From NCBI GenBank assembly GCA_013265495.1, contig MU057930.1, positions 884,057 through 948,056 on the forward strand: a stretch of DNA of 64,000 nucleotides, written 5' to 3'. Shown here piece after piece: positions 49,898 through 61,603 of this stretch. Position 1 is the stretch's first letter. Every line of letters begins with the position of its first letter. The notes beneath the pieces are model-generated. The model had not been told where the DNA came from. It worked only from the letters and a program-made list of their open reading frames with translations, and ran no database searches. Position numbers and translations under genes: made by a program. Origin of the DNA: Vicugna vicugna (lineage: Eukaryota).

Positions 49898-51560
49898 CTA
49901 CTCCTGTGCGCTGCTGTTATCTTGATGCAGAACCCCTGAAGGGCTCTTGAGTTTGACTGCACGTCTAATTACAGGACTAAGTCCTTCAGGACACTCCGTG
50001 GTGACCTTAATCTGTATGCCACCTCGCCTGTATTTTGCACCACATTGTCAAGAGCATTGCCTCCAGATGTGGTGACAATTGATGTAGGTCTTGTGGGAGC
50101 TCTTTTGGCTTCTCTCCACATAAAGAACTTGTCATCTGGGTCCTTGGTGGTGGGGGGTGAGTGTGTCTTCAAAGGTTTTCCATCTTCTCCAACCCAACAA
50201 TGATTTGATGGATTTCTGGGCCTGGTGGGGCCACATTGTGTGCGGTTAAAAATGCATCAGTGTAACAAAGTCAGTTCTGGGTTCCTTGGCTTTGTTATTG
50301 CTTGTGTTGTTGGACTTTTGTGCAAGAAAGGTGGTTAGACCCAACCACAGCGACACCGACGGAGCAGGCTCTGGGCTTGCTGACGGTCAACACTCCTTGA
50401 AGAGGTCTGGCGTTGAAAAATGGTGTCTCCCACATGGCTGTCAGTTTTGTCAGGACTGGAGCCAAACCTTTGATTCCGTTTGGTCCCTGGGTCGTTGTGG
50501 GGTGTTAGTGTTTTCCTTGGGGATTTGACATGATCGGGGAATTCAGATGGTGTGACTCGGTCCAAATGCGATTTTGAAATCTTTTCAGTTCTACCATGAT
50601 TCCCCCAGGTGACAAAAGGACTGTCATAAAAGTCCCAGGGCCTATAACTTGGTTTGTGACTTTGAGTCCGTCCCTCAAACTCTTTATCACAAAACTCTCT
50701 TTGAACTACAGCAAAGTTGGGGGTTCCCTTGAAGACGTTTCTGTATCCCATTGTCTTTCAAAAATGTGACCCGTGCTTTCATCCCAAAGGCGTCACTCGG
50801 TTGCTGCCTGTGAACTTGAAGAGGTTACATAAAACACCAGAACGCGGTTTTCCATTCCGAAACGGAATTAGAATCGGCCACCCACCTCCCTCTCAAAGTG
50901 GATGTCAGCATCACATAATATACCTATGGGAGGGCTTTGAGGATTGTTAATGGTGGTGCAAGTGTAACGGATTATCACGATCACAGTGTGGGCATCCAGG
51001 TGGAATTTTTGGATCTCCCATTATTTTGAAGAATTATATCAAAACGTTGCCAGGCTGTTGAGTTTAAGCGAATAAGTCATCTTACTTGCAGAGAAGCCCT
51101 CGATTTTATGAAGCCCAGAGCCATTGCCCCAACACCAAGGCCACATAGAATTGAATCCTCTTTTGTCACAGCTTCCATGACCTGGAGCTCTGTCAGTGCC
51201 CTGCCGTGTGCCCGTTCAGAGATTCTTCTCTTGATGTATAAAGATGTTTCCCACTTGCCCCTGTCAAAGCTCCATCCAGCGTGTATTCTGAGAGCCCCAG
51301 TAGGGTTGGCATCACATAATAAGAGTGTTTCACAGCAGCCGCCATTAACTGTCCTGAACTTCTCCCTGAACTGCCCTGAGCTGGCTCATTAGCTGGGTTC
51401 TTCCTGTGACTTTACCTGACACTCTGTCTGCGGTTTCTGGGTCAAACAGCGCGATCCCAGCGGACTCTGGGTCCAGTGTCATGGGCCGCCCACTCTGTTC
51501 TTGGGATTAATGATGTCTTTGAACTCGGATCGGGGTCACCACACCCACCGCCATGGCGCC
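49898..51560 (-). pseudogene. EBLN: Endogenous bornavirus-like nucleoprotein element (EBLN); degenerate, with stops and frameshifts
   Basis: Manual minus-strand translation gives colinear blocks resembling BoDV-1 N (recalled from memory). GGGCGDPDP 51552-51526 ~ GGSDPHP. GIALFDPETADRVSGKVT 51458-51405 ~ AVALLDQSRRDMFHTVT. LLLCDANPTGALRIHAG ~ VFLCLLIPGLHAAFVHGG. ERAHGRALTELQVMEAVTKEDSILCGLGVG 51217-51128 ~ [30 protein letters not shown] (10/30 identical, ungapped). LKRFQ..LNSP ~50585 ~ KKRFK..LNRP. VLTKLTAMWETP 50456-50421 ~ VLSLLTTDFESP (6/12). DAFLTAHNVA 50258-50229 ~ DATLTIPVVA (6/10). FFMWREAKRAPT 50127-50092 ~ AFYWSKKENPT. AKYRRGGI from 50038 ~ ARYRRREI (5/8). The last frame ends at TAG 49900-49898. 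Confidence 0.82.
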
Positions 51561-52059
51561 GTGCAGAGTACAGGGGACACCTTTGAGGGCACGCCAGACC
51601 TTCCATCACAGCTCTCAGAAAGAGGAACTGAGGCATCCACATGTCATCACGGGAGGAACTCGGGAGGGAAAACGGATGTAAGGGTTTTCAAGGAACCAGG
51701 ACTCTGGAAAACGCCAATGTCTTTAAAAATTTCTTTTATAGATTTAAATACATACAAGTTGGACACACATTCACATTTTTCAGAGTCATGGCTCCTTAAA
51801 AATTCTTATTCCATTTGGCCCCAGGTTCTTGCCCTGGACAAGTTTTTGGTGGCTTTCTGTCAAGGATTAAAGCTACTCATTGGTTATATATCTGAATTAA
51901 TATCTATAATCATCACGTACATCTATATTATCTGTCTATGAATAGATAAAATTATTGATTTTGGGTGTACATTGATTACATGCACACATATATGCATATG
52001 TGTGTATATACAGATGTGTATATATTATATATATAATCCGTGATTAGCCTTTAATTCTT

Positions 52060-52647
52060 CTTTTTGTATATATATATTTATATTTATTAAAGTAGAGTCA
52101 AGTTAACAATGCTGTGTCAATTTCTGGTGTACAGCACAACACTTCATTCATATAGGAACATGCATATATTCGTTTTCATATTCTTTTTCACCATAAGTTA
52201 CTACAAAATATTGAATATAGTTCCCTGTGCTGTACAGTATGAACTTGTTTTTCTTTTCTATGCATGTGTGTGTATATATATATATTGGTTAGTATCTTCA
52301 AATCTCTAACTCCCAGTTTACCCCCTCCCACCACCATCCCCACCACCCTGGTAACTACAAGTTCGTTCTCTATGTCTGAGAGTCTGTTTCTGTTTTGTAA
52401 ATAAGTTCATTTGTCTTTTCTTTTCTTTTTTTTTTTTAGATTCCACATGTAAGTGATATCATATGTTATTTTTCTTTCTCTTTCTGGCAGACTTCACTTA
52501 GAATGACAATCTCCAGATCCAGCCATGTTGCTGCAAATGGCATGATTTTATTCTTTTTTGTGACTGAGTAGTATTCCACTGTATAAATATACCAAAACAT
52601 CTTTATCCAGTCATCTGTCGATGGACATTTAGGTGGTTTCCATGTCT
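52060..52647 (-). mobile_element. Young truncated L1 with a 16-bp TSD
   Basis: Antisense L1 3' end; TSD TTAGCCTTTAATTCTT at 52044-52059 and 52648-52663. Confidence 0.93.
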
Positions 52648-54464
52648 TTAGCCTTTAATTCTTGATGAAGACCCACCATATGACTGTTAGAAGTTTATGT
52701 CCTTTGCTCATGTTTTGGGAAGCACTAAACATGTTTTCTCACACAAGTATTTTTTGTTCTTTATTAGTAGAAGGTATGACTATGGCTAATGGTAGTAGAT
52801 GGTCTACCATGATACCCGTCTCTGGCCTCTGCCTCTGCTTTTTTTCCTCTCTTTACCCAATAAGCTCTTGTTTTCATGCATGTCTGTTACTGCCATCCTT
52901 TCAAACGATAATTATAGTGCATTAATCCTTCCCCACTGTCGCGTTGGTTTGTAAGATAAAAGGGAATGTGTGTTCTTTTTTTTTTGGTAACATCGTGTGC
53001 ATTAAACTCAAGAACTGCCATCTTGGATCTCTAGAAGATTACAAGAGGTACAAACCATATTCATTTCATTAAACAAATAAAGAGGAAGAATTAAATTCTG
53101 ATAGGCACAGAAAGGAATCAGGAAGACTGGAGACCCAAGGACGAGAGTTCTGGCCTCAGGTTATCTTTCGTGGGGTTGGGGGATTTGGCGGGGGGAACCT
53201 ATTCAACCACTGAATTTTGATTTGCACTTTCTGGAAGCTGGTACGGTAAAATCTAGCTTGGAATGTCAGGAGAGTGAACTAGGGTATCTGCGGGGGGAGT
53301 TGAAAACACGTGTACTCCGGGAGAGAGAGGATTCTGATACACTGTTGTGAACCCAGGGTTTGAGAGTGCAGAGTCAGCAGGTAAATGAAATCAAGGTTGA
53401 ATGTGTCATGCTGTATTAATTCAGATGGCGACCCAACAGAAACCAACCAAACCCTAAAACAGTACAAGTATGTTCAACATTACCAGCCCTAATTACTCCG
53501 TCCCTGTAACGTACTGAGACGTTACATACGCGTTTTTAATAGTGGGTAACAACTAACAACTACTGGGTTTGAAAGTAGATGTTTGAAAGTCACAGGAGCC
53601 CTACAGATGCAAACATCAAACGTATTTCAAAGAAATGTGCTGAGTCATAGTTGTTACATATCTGTCCAACTGATGAAAATGACACTTCTTTATACTTCCT
53701 AGGTATTTTTGTTTCTGTATCAATTATGTCCTAAACATGTCGTACATTTTCCCACGTTTAACGTACAAAGAGGGGGATCGATGTGACCAAAATCACTCAA
53801 GCACAGACCTCTGAAGTGTGGTATTTGTCAGCGCCTTATGATTTTTTATATCCCATGTACACGCTTGCCTTGTGCATGAGACAAAGTATATCCTCAGGCA
53901 GTATTAATCAAGGCCTCCTCAGAGCACACGGGTAAATAACACAAGACAAATACTCAGATTGAGATTCCTCTCCGACGTTCGTATTCTGAGATGGTGCATC
54001 ATCCCCCTGCTTCGCTCTCAACAGCGCGTTTAACCACTGACCCGCCAATACAACATGGGGGCTTATTATCCATTCTGCTCTCGTTTTGAACCATGAATTG
54101 TGTCTATTTATACAGAGTAGAAATTACACACTTCTCCACACTCCTTAATTTACCTGGCCTCATTATCCTCGTAATACATAAATTAAAAATGACAAGATCG
54201 ATGAACTGGAAAATCCCCTTAGAGAAGGCAAATTATAGCTAATTGTTCACGGTGCTTCTCCTCTATCTTCAAAGGCATGGAACTTCTAGATCGTTTTTAA
54301 AAATTCAGCAAGTAAGCATTTCATGCTCAGGACCATTGTTTCCGCTGGAAGGAAGATGAAATTGGCCCTGGACCGTTGATGGCAATTATACTGATTATGG
54401 GAAAGGGCGTGAGGGTGCAAGGTCAGGGACACTCGGTGTCGAGGCTTGTACTGTATTTGAAAGA

Positions 54465-54530
54465 CTCATCATTCAGCGCACATTAATTGAGCGTCTGCTA
54501 TGTGCAAAGCACTGCGCTGAGATGCAGGAT
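54465..54530 (-). mobile_element. L2 3' end fragment
   Basis: tcattcagcgcacattaattgagcgtctgctatgtgcaaagcactgcgct. Confidence 0.6.
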
Positions 54531-56723
54531 GCCTCCGTTCGACCTCAGCCTATTTTCGAGGCTTCCCGAAAATAATTGCCTGTCAAACCACAAATAGGAA
54601 TTTTAAAAATAGTGTGCGTTCTGAGTGTCTCTGAGATCGCTCTCAAGGCTTTAAATTTCCAGCGGTTTCAGTGTTCCCGTTTCAAACGCAGTTGCAATAT
54701 CTTAAATCTAAAACACCGTTTCAATCACCCATCCCTTGTCACCATAAGGGTTCGCCCGCATCTGCCCCGGGCTTGGAGGCGGACCTCAGCTAGCTCTTTG
54801 TGTTATCAAAAGGAAGCGCCCCCGGGCTTCTGAAGAATTGGGGAAGGCAGGCTGCCTGTTTTGATCTTCCCTTTCCCACAATTATTGTGCCCTACTTTTA
54901 AAAGCAGCTGCTTCCTTTGTTAAATGCTTTACAAAATGGTACGGGAACTAGATATAGGTTTGGACACGACAAAAGAAAATATAATTTAATATGACCTCGC
55001 TGTGCATACGAAGCACTGAAGACCGGAAAGGTGAAAAAGAACATGGTTGCCATCATAAAATACCCGTGTCTCCATTGGGGTCACCTTTATCAAACAGGAC
55101 CTGTGTCCTTGTCATTTTGCAGCCTCCCAATTTAGCACCATGCCTGGTGATGCATGCATTTTTTTTTTTTAGAGGAAGGCATGATTGAACACTGAGGCAC
55201 AGGATAACAGGTCAACGTTCTTGGTTGAGTATTTGGAACAAAAAAAAAAATTAACACCTGGGTTTTTGCCTCCTTGTACAAAAGATGATTAAAAAACCTT
55301 ATCAAAATAGGAAATGCTTTTAATCACGGGTAAACCCCTCTGCTCTACAAAGACTTCTGCTTTCCCTTTACATTGAAAATCAGTACAGGCATAGGAACTT
55401 CCTTAGCGATGGAAGTTGCAGATGACAAGGGGGATTGTGGTCTCCACATAATTCCAAACGTTTGAATTCCATCCCTCTGTGATTTCAGAAGAATCAAATA
55501 GGGGGCAGCTTAAACTAAACTTTCTTTTTGTGGGGGGGGGTGCTGGTGGCTAAGGAAAACTTTCAGCACCCAATTGATCACTCTAGGTGGCCTTTCTAGT
55601 CCTTGACTGAAAGCAATGCTGCTGGAAACGCCACTGACCAGTGCTCACCCTCTCTGTTCGGTGGTCTGTGAAGTTGCCATCTGCTATTTTCCCATAATAT
55701 CTAATCTTCGTAACATCTTCCGACACCCTAATTTCTCACTCTTCTTTAACTCATTGGAGAAGAAGGGATGATACGATTTGAAAGGATGTGAAAGTTGACC
55801 TTTTCCTTGAGAATAAACAGTATGTCGCCATGCGTTTTGGTGTGTAAGTTGGGGAACGCTTTGGGAGAAAATTATAGGTGCAAGATGTGACCCTGAGAGT
55901 CATGCCCCACTAGCAGCCTTTAATAAACCCGGCACCGTCTCGAAATGTCACCTGTGTATACTCATGCTGGCTGCTGAGGAAAACACCATATCTGTTTCAT
56001 CCAGAGACAATCCCTGCTTATTTCTGCTTAACAGAAGCCTGGCTTTCTGTTGTTCCATGAATACATCACATCTTTGTTTGGGAAAAAAAACTTTAATATT
56101 TCTCAAAATGAAGAAATACTCAACAGAAATGATACCAAGATTATGAATAAATCCGTACAATGACTACATTTTTTCTTCATCGCCGTGGCACCCTCTAAAA
56201 TCCAGTGGCAGGACTGGCTACTGGCCCCAGAGCCCTGGAGCTCAGTGAAAAATCACAATGCAGGCTGCCTTGTTCATACATTATTGCAATTTCAAGATGC
56301 TGTCAGTAAGCATGAAACCAAATACAGTGCCCTTCTTGGTTGGGGGTTGAAGGAGTGTGTCCTGTGTTCCATGTCCATGACGCTGGCCTTGTTAAATATG
56401 ACTTGAGATAGAATATATAGTAGACAAATATATGGATATCACATTATATTTGGGTCCCCTGTGCCTTGGGTTGGCGTTAAAGGAGTCTCTAAGTAGGAGC
56501 CCCCACAGAGTTGGGGATCACTCAGCTTTATAAAATTGTATATAAGGATGGGCTACCGATAGCCAACAGGGCCCCAAGAGTTCCAGACCTTAAGCTGGTC
56601 CTACTGTGTGCCATGGTTCAAGACAGGCACCCAGCCTGCTGATCAATTGTTCAGGAACAAAGCCTGGGGTCCACACAGCCCCCCACAAAAATGTAACCAA
56701 GGCAATATTGACTTGTTTGGTGC

Positions 56724-57642
56724 TGTATTAGCCTGCTTAAGTTATTGTAACAAAATACCATCGATGGGGCTGCTTAAAACAGTGGCACATTAAAAGATAA
56801 AGGATAAAGAAGATGTGAAACACACACACAAACACACACACACAATGGAATACTACTCAGCCATGAAAAAGAAAGAAATAAATCCATTTGCAGCAACATG
56901 GATGGACCTGGAGAATGTCATTCTAAGTGAAGTAAGTCAGAGAAAGACAAATATCATATGATATCACTTATCTGTGGAATCTAAAAAATAGTATAAATGA
57001 ACAGAAACAGACTCTCAGACATAGAAAACAAACTTACAGTTACCAAAGGAGAAACGGGATGGGAATGGATAAATTAGGAGTTTGGGATGAGCAGATACAC
57101 ACTACTATATATAAAACAGATAAACAACAAAATCCTACTGTACAGCACAGGGAACTATAGTGAATATTTTGTAATAACCTACAACGGAAAAGAATCTGAA
57201 AAATAATGTTTATACGTATAACTGAATCACTTTGCTGTACACCTGGAACTAACACAACATTGTAAATCAACCGTAGTTCAATTTAAAAAAAAATAGAGAC
57301 ATGAAAAACAAGCATGTTTTCTCCAAGTTCTACAGTTTGGAAGTCCAAGGTCAAGGTGCCAGCATGATTGGGTGATGGTGAGGACTCTCTTCCTGGTTTG
57401 CAGATGGCCACCTTCTCATTGTGTCTTCACATAAAGGAGAGAGAGATTGAGAGAGAGAGGGAGAACTCTGGTATGTCTTTTTTAATAAAAGGACACTAAT
57501 GCATCATTGGGCTCCCCTTCCATGATCACATCTAAGCCTAATCTCCACCCAAAGATCTACCTCCAAACATCATCCCGTTGTGGGATTAGGGCTTCAGCAC
57601 ATGAACTTGGGGGAGAGGGGCACAAACATCAACGTATAACAG
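56724..57642. mobile_element. MLT1 (MaLR) LTR split by an L1 insertion
   Basis: tgtattagcctgctt..tgtaacaaaatacca..gcttaaaac (56724-56790) resumes at ~57305 with ggaagtccaaggtcaaggtgccagca..cagatggccaccttctc..gattagggcttcagcacatgaacttgggggag. Confidence 0.8.
56800..57295 (+). mobile_element. L1 3' end
   Basis: caatggaatactactcagccatgaaaaag...gcagcaacatggatggacctggag...ttgtaaatcaaccgtagttcaatttaaaaaa. Confidence 0.92.
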
Positions 57643-58194
57643 GAATTTTAATGGAAACCAGGAAACAGGATGTCCTTCAGAAGAGGAAAGCAAGGCAATA
57701 AGGGGTTCATCAACAGGACAAAAATCTGGGACTTTCAGTCTAATGGGCGCCCCCACTTCAGGGCTCAAGTGTGCTCCTGATGGGCAAATACTGCTCAGTT
57801 CCTGGATAAAAAAACATCCTGTGTTTCCTCCCCTTAGTGTCCCCAGAGGAGGGTATTTTAGGATGATAGACTCAGGTTGCTGCCCAATGGGCAGCCCCTC
57901 CTGCCAGGCACCTTTGTGTGATGTGCCTCCCTCCCCAGGTCCTGTGTGTCCACCAGGAAGCGTGTCTTGAGCTTTTCCTTGTTTGTCCACCAGGCACAGG
58001 CAGGTGCCCAGGGGCTTCCCTGCAGGAGCAGGGTGGGTAAGGCATGGCTGCCCGTGACACCAATGTCCTGCTGGAGGAAGAAGTGCGCTTGGGGACATCT
58101 CTTGCTTCTGCAAAAGGATGACAGGGAAGCAAAGATGGACCAGAGCATGTTACACAGATCCAGCAATCCCAAGTGTAGGATGAGGACACAGGTG

Positions 58195-58780
58195 AGGCTG
58201 GGACACCAGCCCAGGAGACATAGTCCATGTCTGAGACGGTTGATAGGTGGGATGGTCTTCCATTTCCAGGAGAAATAGTTGATGACTGAGAAGGCCAATG
58301 GGTGGCCATGGTCTCCTTCATCAAGGGGAACTAGTCAATGGCCCAGAGGGCCAATGGATGGCCATGGTCTCCCTCATCAAAGGAAGGTAGTCAATAGCCC
58401 AGAGGGCCAATGGACGGCCATGATCTCCTTCATCAAGGGGAAGTAGTCAGTTGCCCAGAGGGCCAATGAATGGCCATGATTTTCCACGTCCAGGGTAAGC
58501 AATCCATAATCCAGCTGGCCAATGGGCAACCATGGTCTTCTGCATCCAGGAGAAACAGTGGAACACAGAGATGCTGGGTTGAGATCCTATCCATGCAGGG
58601 AAACAAGTCAATGACAGAGATGACCGATGAGTGACCATGATCTCCTCCTCAGTGGAGGGGAAGTAGTTGATGACTGAGACAGCTGATGCGAGCCAGGATC
58701 TTCTTAGTCCAGGGAGACCAGTCTATGACCGAGATAGAGGGCCCTGATGGCCGCCGTCCAAGGAAAATAGTGGACGATAG
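58195..58780. repeat. Degenerate 56-bp tandem repeat (~10 units) carrying CCAAT boxes
   Basis: CCATG recurs at 58306, 58362, 58418, 58474 and 58530 (exact 56-bp period); unit ~ccatggtctccttcatcaaggggaagtagtcaatggcccagagggccaatggatgg. Confidence 0.9.
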
Positions 58781-60103
58781 AAACTATAATGTTGGTTGGG
58801 CAAAGAAAGTCCACTCCCAGCTAGCAGTGCATGTGGTCATTTTAGCTATTAGTGTGCAGATAGGTTGATGCCAGTATAGAAGTTAAATTCCATGTTTAAG
58901 AAACCATGTGGCACGTGGAGTGTGTAAATGTGCTCGCTACTAAATCTCCATAATTCTGATCCTCTGCGTTTGTTTACTGATAACTACTGCAGGTCAAATC
59001 GCACGCCTGAAGGCTGTCCTCACTCTGGCCCCTATTTCTTTTGCTATTTAGGGGAATTTGCACTCTGGGGTTCGTTGAGGGCCCTGACACAGGATGTGCC
59101 GTCCCCAGTGGGTCTTCCTGCCTAGAACACAGCTAAATGACTATAGATGCTTGCTGTGTCTCAAGTCACTGAATTGACGTTTAGCCAGAGGCAGGTCAAA
59201 CTTTCTCATTGGTAAATGAGGGGCATTAAAACTCTGTTTTGAAAATTCTGCAAGTTGCTTTAAATTGACTGGAAATATAGGTGTGACATTGAAAGAATTC
59301 TCACCTTGCTGCTCCAGGCACGTCACCAAAACCCACAGGTCCTGTGATGACGGCCGTGTCCTGGGATCCGTTCTGGAAACATTCTACATACAGTTGCCTC
59401 TCTGCTTACAACCACAGGGGATATTTTTTGATGGAAGACCTAATTTAGAAATGCCAGGCTTTGAGCTGTAATGGAAGTATGTGTGGGTGTCAGAAAATCA
59501 ACAGGAGGTCAGGTCGCCATTGGAATACTAACTTCATGTTGGGCAAGTCAAAGCAAAGGAGAAAGAGATGGGGGATAAAAACGGAAAAAGTATGGACTCT
59601 GGGAAACACACTGAACAAATCTGAAGCATTTCTTTCAAGGCGAGTGGTAGAAGGTGAACTCCACGGTATCTGATTCTTATTCAGCTTAGATGGGAATCTC
59701 ACTTTAAGTATGGTCCCAAATGAAAATAACAAAATACAGATGGAAACTATACCAATTATAACCACCACTGGGCTCTGAGACATCCCTGTAGCCCATCTCT
59801 TGCGTAAATAGAAAGAGATTATTGATACAAGTCCCCTCATTTAAACATGATATTTCTTGGATGTTTTCAAAGGAAGAGAATTTGCGCAACGTCATCTGGG
59901 CTGTGATTAGAAACCCCCAGGGGATCCAAGAAAAACGTCTTTAGGGGATTATGCGTGACCATGGCCATACCCGCAGGAACAGCTTTGCTTCTGTGTCAAG
60001 ACGTGAATTGTATCTAGCTTTACATTGATTCACAAGCCGGTTCCCTCCCAGCAAAAACATGTTATAGGGCCTTCCTATAACTAACAGCTACCTTTGATGA
60101 AAG

Positions 60104-60585
60104 TGTGACAGGAGGGAAGTGGGTCAGGGCACAACCATCAAAAGAATGACACAGCCTATTGACGATAGGACGTAAACAGGTCAGAACCAACTCGACCCAA
60201 GATGGCGGGAGGTTTGACTTCCAGTAGACCTTGAGCTTCGTTATGCGCTCACGGTCATACATCAGCTGCCAAATGACATGCCCACAGCAACGACAGTTCC
60301 CAGGCTGACCACAAAAAGCCAAAAAGTGGATGGGGGCCCAATTCCCGGAAATCCCTGTCTGTTCCCCAAAAAGTGGGACTGATGCTCCCACTTGTTAGCG
60401 TATGAAATTGCCCAGCCCATTGAAACTAACCAAGCTCACGCCTTGAGGCTGCCTCTCTTGCCTTCTGAGACAGACTGCACTCTGTGCATGGAGTGTGCCT
60501 CCCTGGACAAACCTGCCTTCACTTTCCTGGGGCTGGCTCCTGAATTCTTTCCTGTGCAAGAAAAAAAACACACATCTCTGGCAGC
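60104..60585 (+). mobile_element. ERV1-type solo LTR
   Basis: TGTGACAG start, ccaagatggcgg (YY1-type motif), ...cctgaattctttcctgtgcaag near the 3' end. Confidence 0.7.
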
Positions 60586-60899
60586 AAAAGAAGCCCCTTT
60601 ATGTTATCAGCAACCCCCAGCTGCGCTCGGGCATCTTGTTGACCTGCAGAAGACGTGCCTCCAGCCCACATTTGGCACTGAAGCAATTTTTTTTTTTTGG
60701 ACTCATGGAATACATTCCTCAATGAGACAACAAATCCAGAAGAGAAATTACACTTTTCTCATGTCAAAAAAAAAAAATCTTCGTTAACTCATCAGCAAAG
60801 TTTCTTGGTTCCTACATTCTTTTTTTTTTCTTTTCTTTTCTTTTTTTTTGCAATAGGATTTCAAGCCATATTTTCTTCCTAAATAGACTTTTTGGCAGA

Positions 60900-61535
60900 A
60901 CAATGGTTCTCAAACTGTCATCAATATATAGGGTCCTGGAGGGTCACTGAGACCCATTCAGGAGGAAGGTGTGGTCAAAATGATCATTCAGAAGATGTTA
61001 TTGTTTTTTCATTGGGTTGACATTTACACAGTTGCTGTGAAAGGTAGTGACTTAGCACAGATCAGGATGGTGTCCCTGGATGTGAGGCGACGGATGTGTT
61101 GATTCACCTAATGGTGGTGATCATTTCACAGGGTAGTCTTATATCAAATCATCGTGTTGCACACATTAAATATATCCAATTGTATGTGTCAATTACAAGT
61201 TGAGGGGAAATGGTAGTTGCCCTGCATTGGATGGTAGTTCTACGTTTAATTTTCTGAGGAATCTCCATACTGTTCTCCACAGTGTTTGTACCAAACTGCA
61301 TTCCTGCCAACAGCGTAGGACGGTTCCCTTTTCTCCACAGCCCCACAAACATTTGTATTCCTCCTTCCTCCCATCCTTCCTTCTTTTTTTACTCCCACTC
61401 TGTCTCCCTCCCTCCCTCCTTTCTTTTCTTCTTTTTCTTTTCTTTTCCTTTCCATTCCTTTTCTTTCTTTTCTTCTTTCTTTCTTTCTTTTCTTCTTTCT
61501 TTTCTTTCTTTCTTTTCTCCTTTCTTTCTTTCTTT

Positions 61536-61603
<68 letters not shown>

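Noticed and set aside
49969..50172. ORF ..KDPDDKFFM..VAYRLRS resembles bornavirus matrix (KDPIRKYMF..SYRLRN)
   Set aside because: The spacing is ~14 aa off, and the same bases fit better and colinearly as the N C-terminus (FMW..PT, AKYRR). Treated as coincidence.
50335..50751. 138-aa ORF inside the EBLN as an intact exapted protein
   Set aside because: The best N-like motifs here (KRF, VLTKLTAMWETP) lie in a different, stop-interrupted frame, so there is no support for an intact coding EBLN.
57586..58324. Cluster of 110-175 aa ORFs
   Set aside because: No recognisable protein family, and they overlap an MLT1 end and the tandem array.
58195..58780. Periodic array as CRISPR or a coding repeat
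   Set aside because: Mammalian context, whole units repeat with no unique spacers, and the 56-bp period breaks frame.
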